IMG/VR virus record: IMGVR_UViG_3300005758_000046
Span: 1-59,506 of that record
Length of the DNA stretch: 59,506 nucleotides
Source of the DNA: a virus
Lineage: Duplodnaviria > Caudoviricetes
Reading direction: 5' to 3' (one strand)
Within the stretch, counting starts at the first letter, position 1; each line of letters opens with the position of its first letter. The position numbers and the translations under genes were made by a program. Below are positions 58,398 to 59,506 of the stretch, piece by piece. The notes below the pieces were generated by a model that was given only the letters and a program-made list of their open reading frames with translations, was not told the DNA's origin and made no database searches.

Positions 58398-59381
58398 ATG
58401 CCTAGACAAAGACCAAACTATGGTATAATAGGAACTGAACAAACTCTTAGCGGTGCATCAAGTTCCGGATACTACACTATAATTGATGCGCAAATAGCAA
58501 AGGGCGCAAATAAGTGGCCACTGCCTTCTGTCCCCATTGAGTATTTGGTAGTAGCAGGCGGTGGCGGCGGCGGCTGTGCGGAGGGCGGAGGCGGTGGTGC
58601 CGGCGGCTATAGAACAGGCAACGCGCAATTAGGTTATGGCATCGTAGCATCAATAACAGTAGGTGCAGGCGGTGCAGGTGGTGCGGCTATAAGTAGTCAG
58701 CCTCCCGGTGACAATGGGAACAATTCTATTTTAGCTGCATTAAGTACTATAACCGCAACCGGAGGAGGAGGCGGCGGAGGTGGCTCGGCCAGTGGGCCTT
58801 CCGGACAGGCAGGTAAAAACGGGGGATCAGGCGGGGGAGCAAATAGACTAAGCACGACAATCGGATTAGGCAACACTCCTTCTACTAGTCCTAGTCAAGG
58901 TAATAATGGTGGTCAGGGCATCAATAGTGGAACCGTAGCAGGTGGCGGTGGAGGAGGCGCAGCCGGCGTTGGTGCTAATGGTACTAGTGGACAGGGCGGC
59001 AACGGTGGCACTGCCGCAGTATCTTCTATAACTGGTACTGCTGTTTACTATGCTGGAGGAGGAGGTGCCGGCTCCGGAGGAGGCAGTGCAGGTTTAGGTG
59101 GAGGAACTTCTACTGCAGGGCAAAAGGGCGGAGCAGCTAATGGATCAACTTCGACGACCACACCTTCAGCCGCATCCGCAAATACCGGCGGTGGCGGTGG
59201 TGGTGGTGGTGGTGGTGGCAGCTTCGGCGGCGCGGGAAGTGCGGGCGGTTCAGGAATAGTTGTTATTCGTTATCCGGATTCATACCCATTAGCTTCCTCT
59301 ACTACTGGCTCTCCTTCTATAACAACTGCCGGTGGGTACAGAGTGTACACGTGGACCGGTAACGGATCGATTACAATGTAA
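58398..59381 (+). CDS. Glycine-rich domain virion protein, paralog of 54358-55248
   Basis: IEYLVVAGGGGGG..GGSGIVVIRYPDSYPLASSTTGSP. Confidence 0.7.
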   Translation: MPRQRPNYGIIGTEQTLSGASSSGYYTIIDAQIAKGANKWPLPSVPIEYLVVAGGGGGGCAEGGGGGAGGYRTGNAQLGYGIVASITVGAGGAGGAAISSQPPGDNGNNSILAALSTITATGGGGGGGGSASGPSGQAGKNGGSGGGANRLSTTIGLGNTPSTSPSQGNNGGQGINSGTVAGGGGGGAAGVGANGTSGQGGNGGTAAVSSITGTAVYYAGGGGAGSGGGSAGLGGGTSTAGQKGGAANGSTSTTTPSAASANTGGGGGGGGGGGSFGGAGSAGGSGIVVIRYPDSYPLASSTTGSPSITTAGGYRVYTWTGNGSITM

Positions 59382-59392
59382 AGAGCAAACAC

Positions 59393-59506
59393 ATGACGGC
59401 TATAACAAAGATCACATCCATTGCATTAGATGAAACAGGCAACTATACAGTAAATGCCATTAGTGTTTCATCTAATATAACTTCGGGTAATGCCAACTTA
59501 GGAAAC
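59393..59506 (+). CDS. Next fibre-like protein, 3'-partial
   Basis: MTAITKITSIALDETGNYTVN..NITSGNANLGN resembles the N-terminus of 55279 (LDTSGNYTFN). Confidence 0.6.
   Translation, partial: MTAITKITSIALDETGNYTVNAISVSSNITSGNANLGN

Noticed and set aside
1-59506. Stop-codon reassignment (alternative genetic code)
   Set aside because: Conserved genes are full length in code 11, and TAA, TAG (14138, 40490) and TGA (24227, 25987, 27867) all serve as stops

Overview
This window is part of a large, AT-rich T4-like (myovirus) bacteriophage genome read in the standard genetic code. Bases 1-22.2 kb are a minus-strand baseplate operon. It includes a giant ORF of at least 3,573 aa (1-10721) that the ORF track misses because it runs off the left edge, followed by gp6-, gp25-, gp5-, gp27-, gp53- and gp48-like genes. 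Bases 22.3-27.9 kb are a plus-strand block of late sigma factor gp55, gp47/gp46, a HAD nucleotidase, an HldD-like heptose epimerase and a Holliday-junction resolvase. A ~480-nt non-coding element with many hairpins comes next, then a gp26-like chaperone with an apparent programmed -1 frameshift. After that come the tape measure, portal, core, protease, scaffold and major capsid genes with two homing endonucleases. The last ~18.5 kb is an array of Asn/Thr/Gly-rich repetitive fibre proteins and tip cassettes. The best leads for undescribed biology are the structured element at 27868-28340, the gp26 frameshift, a candidate late sRNA at ~40.8 kb, and possible glycosylation of the N-x-S/T-rich fibres. 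All functional calls come from motif recognition and synteny, not database searches.
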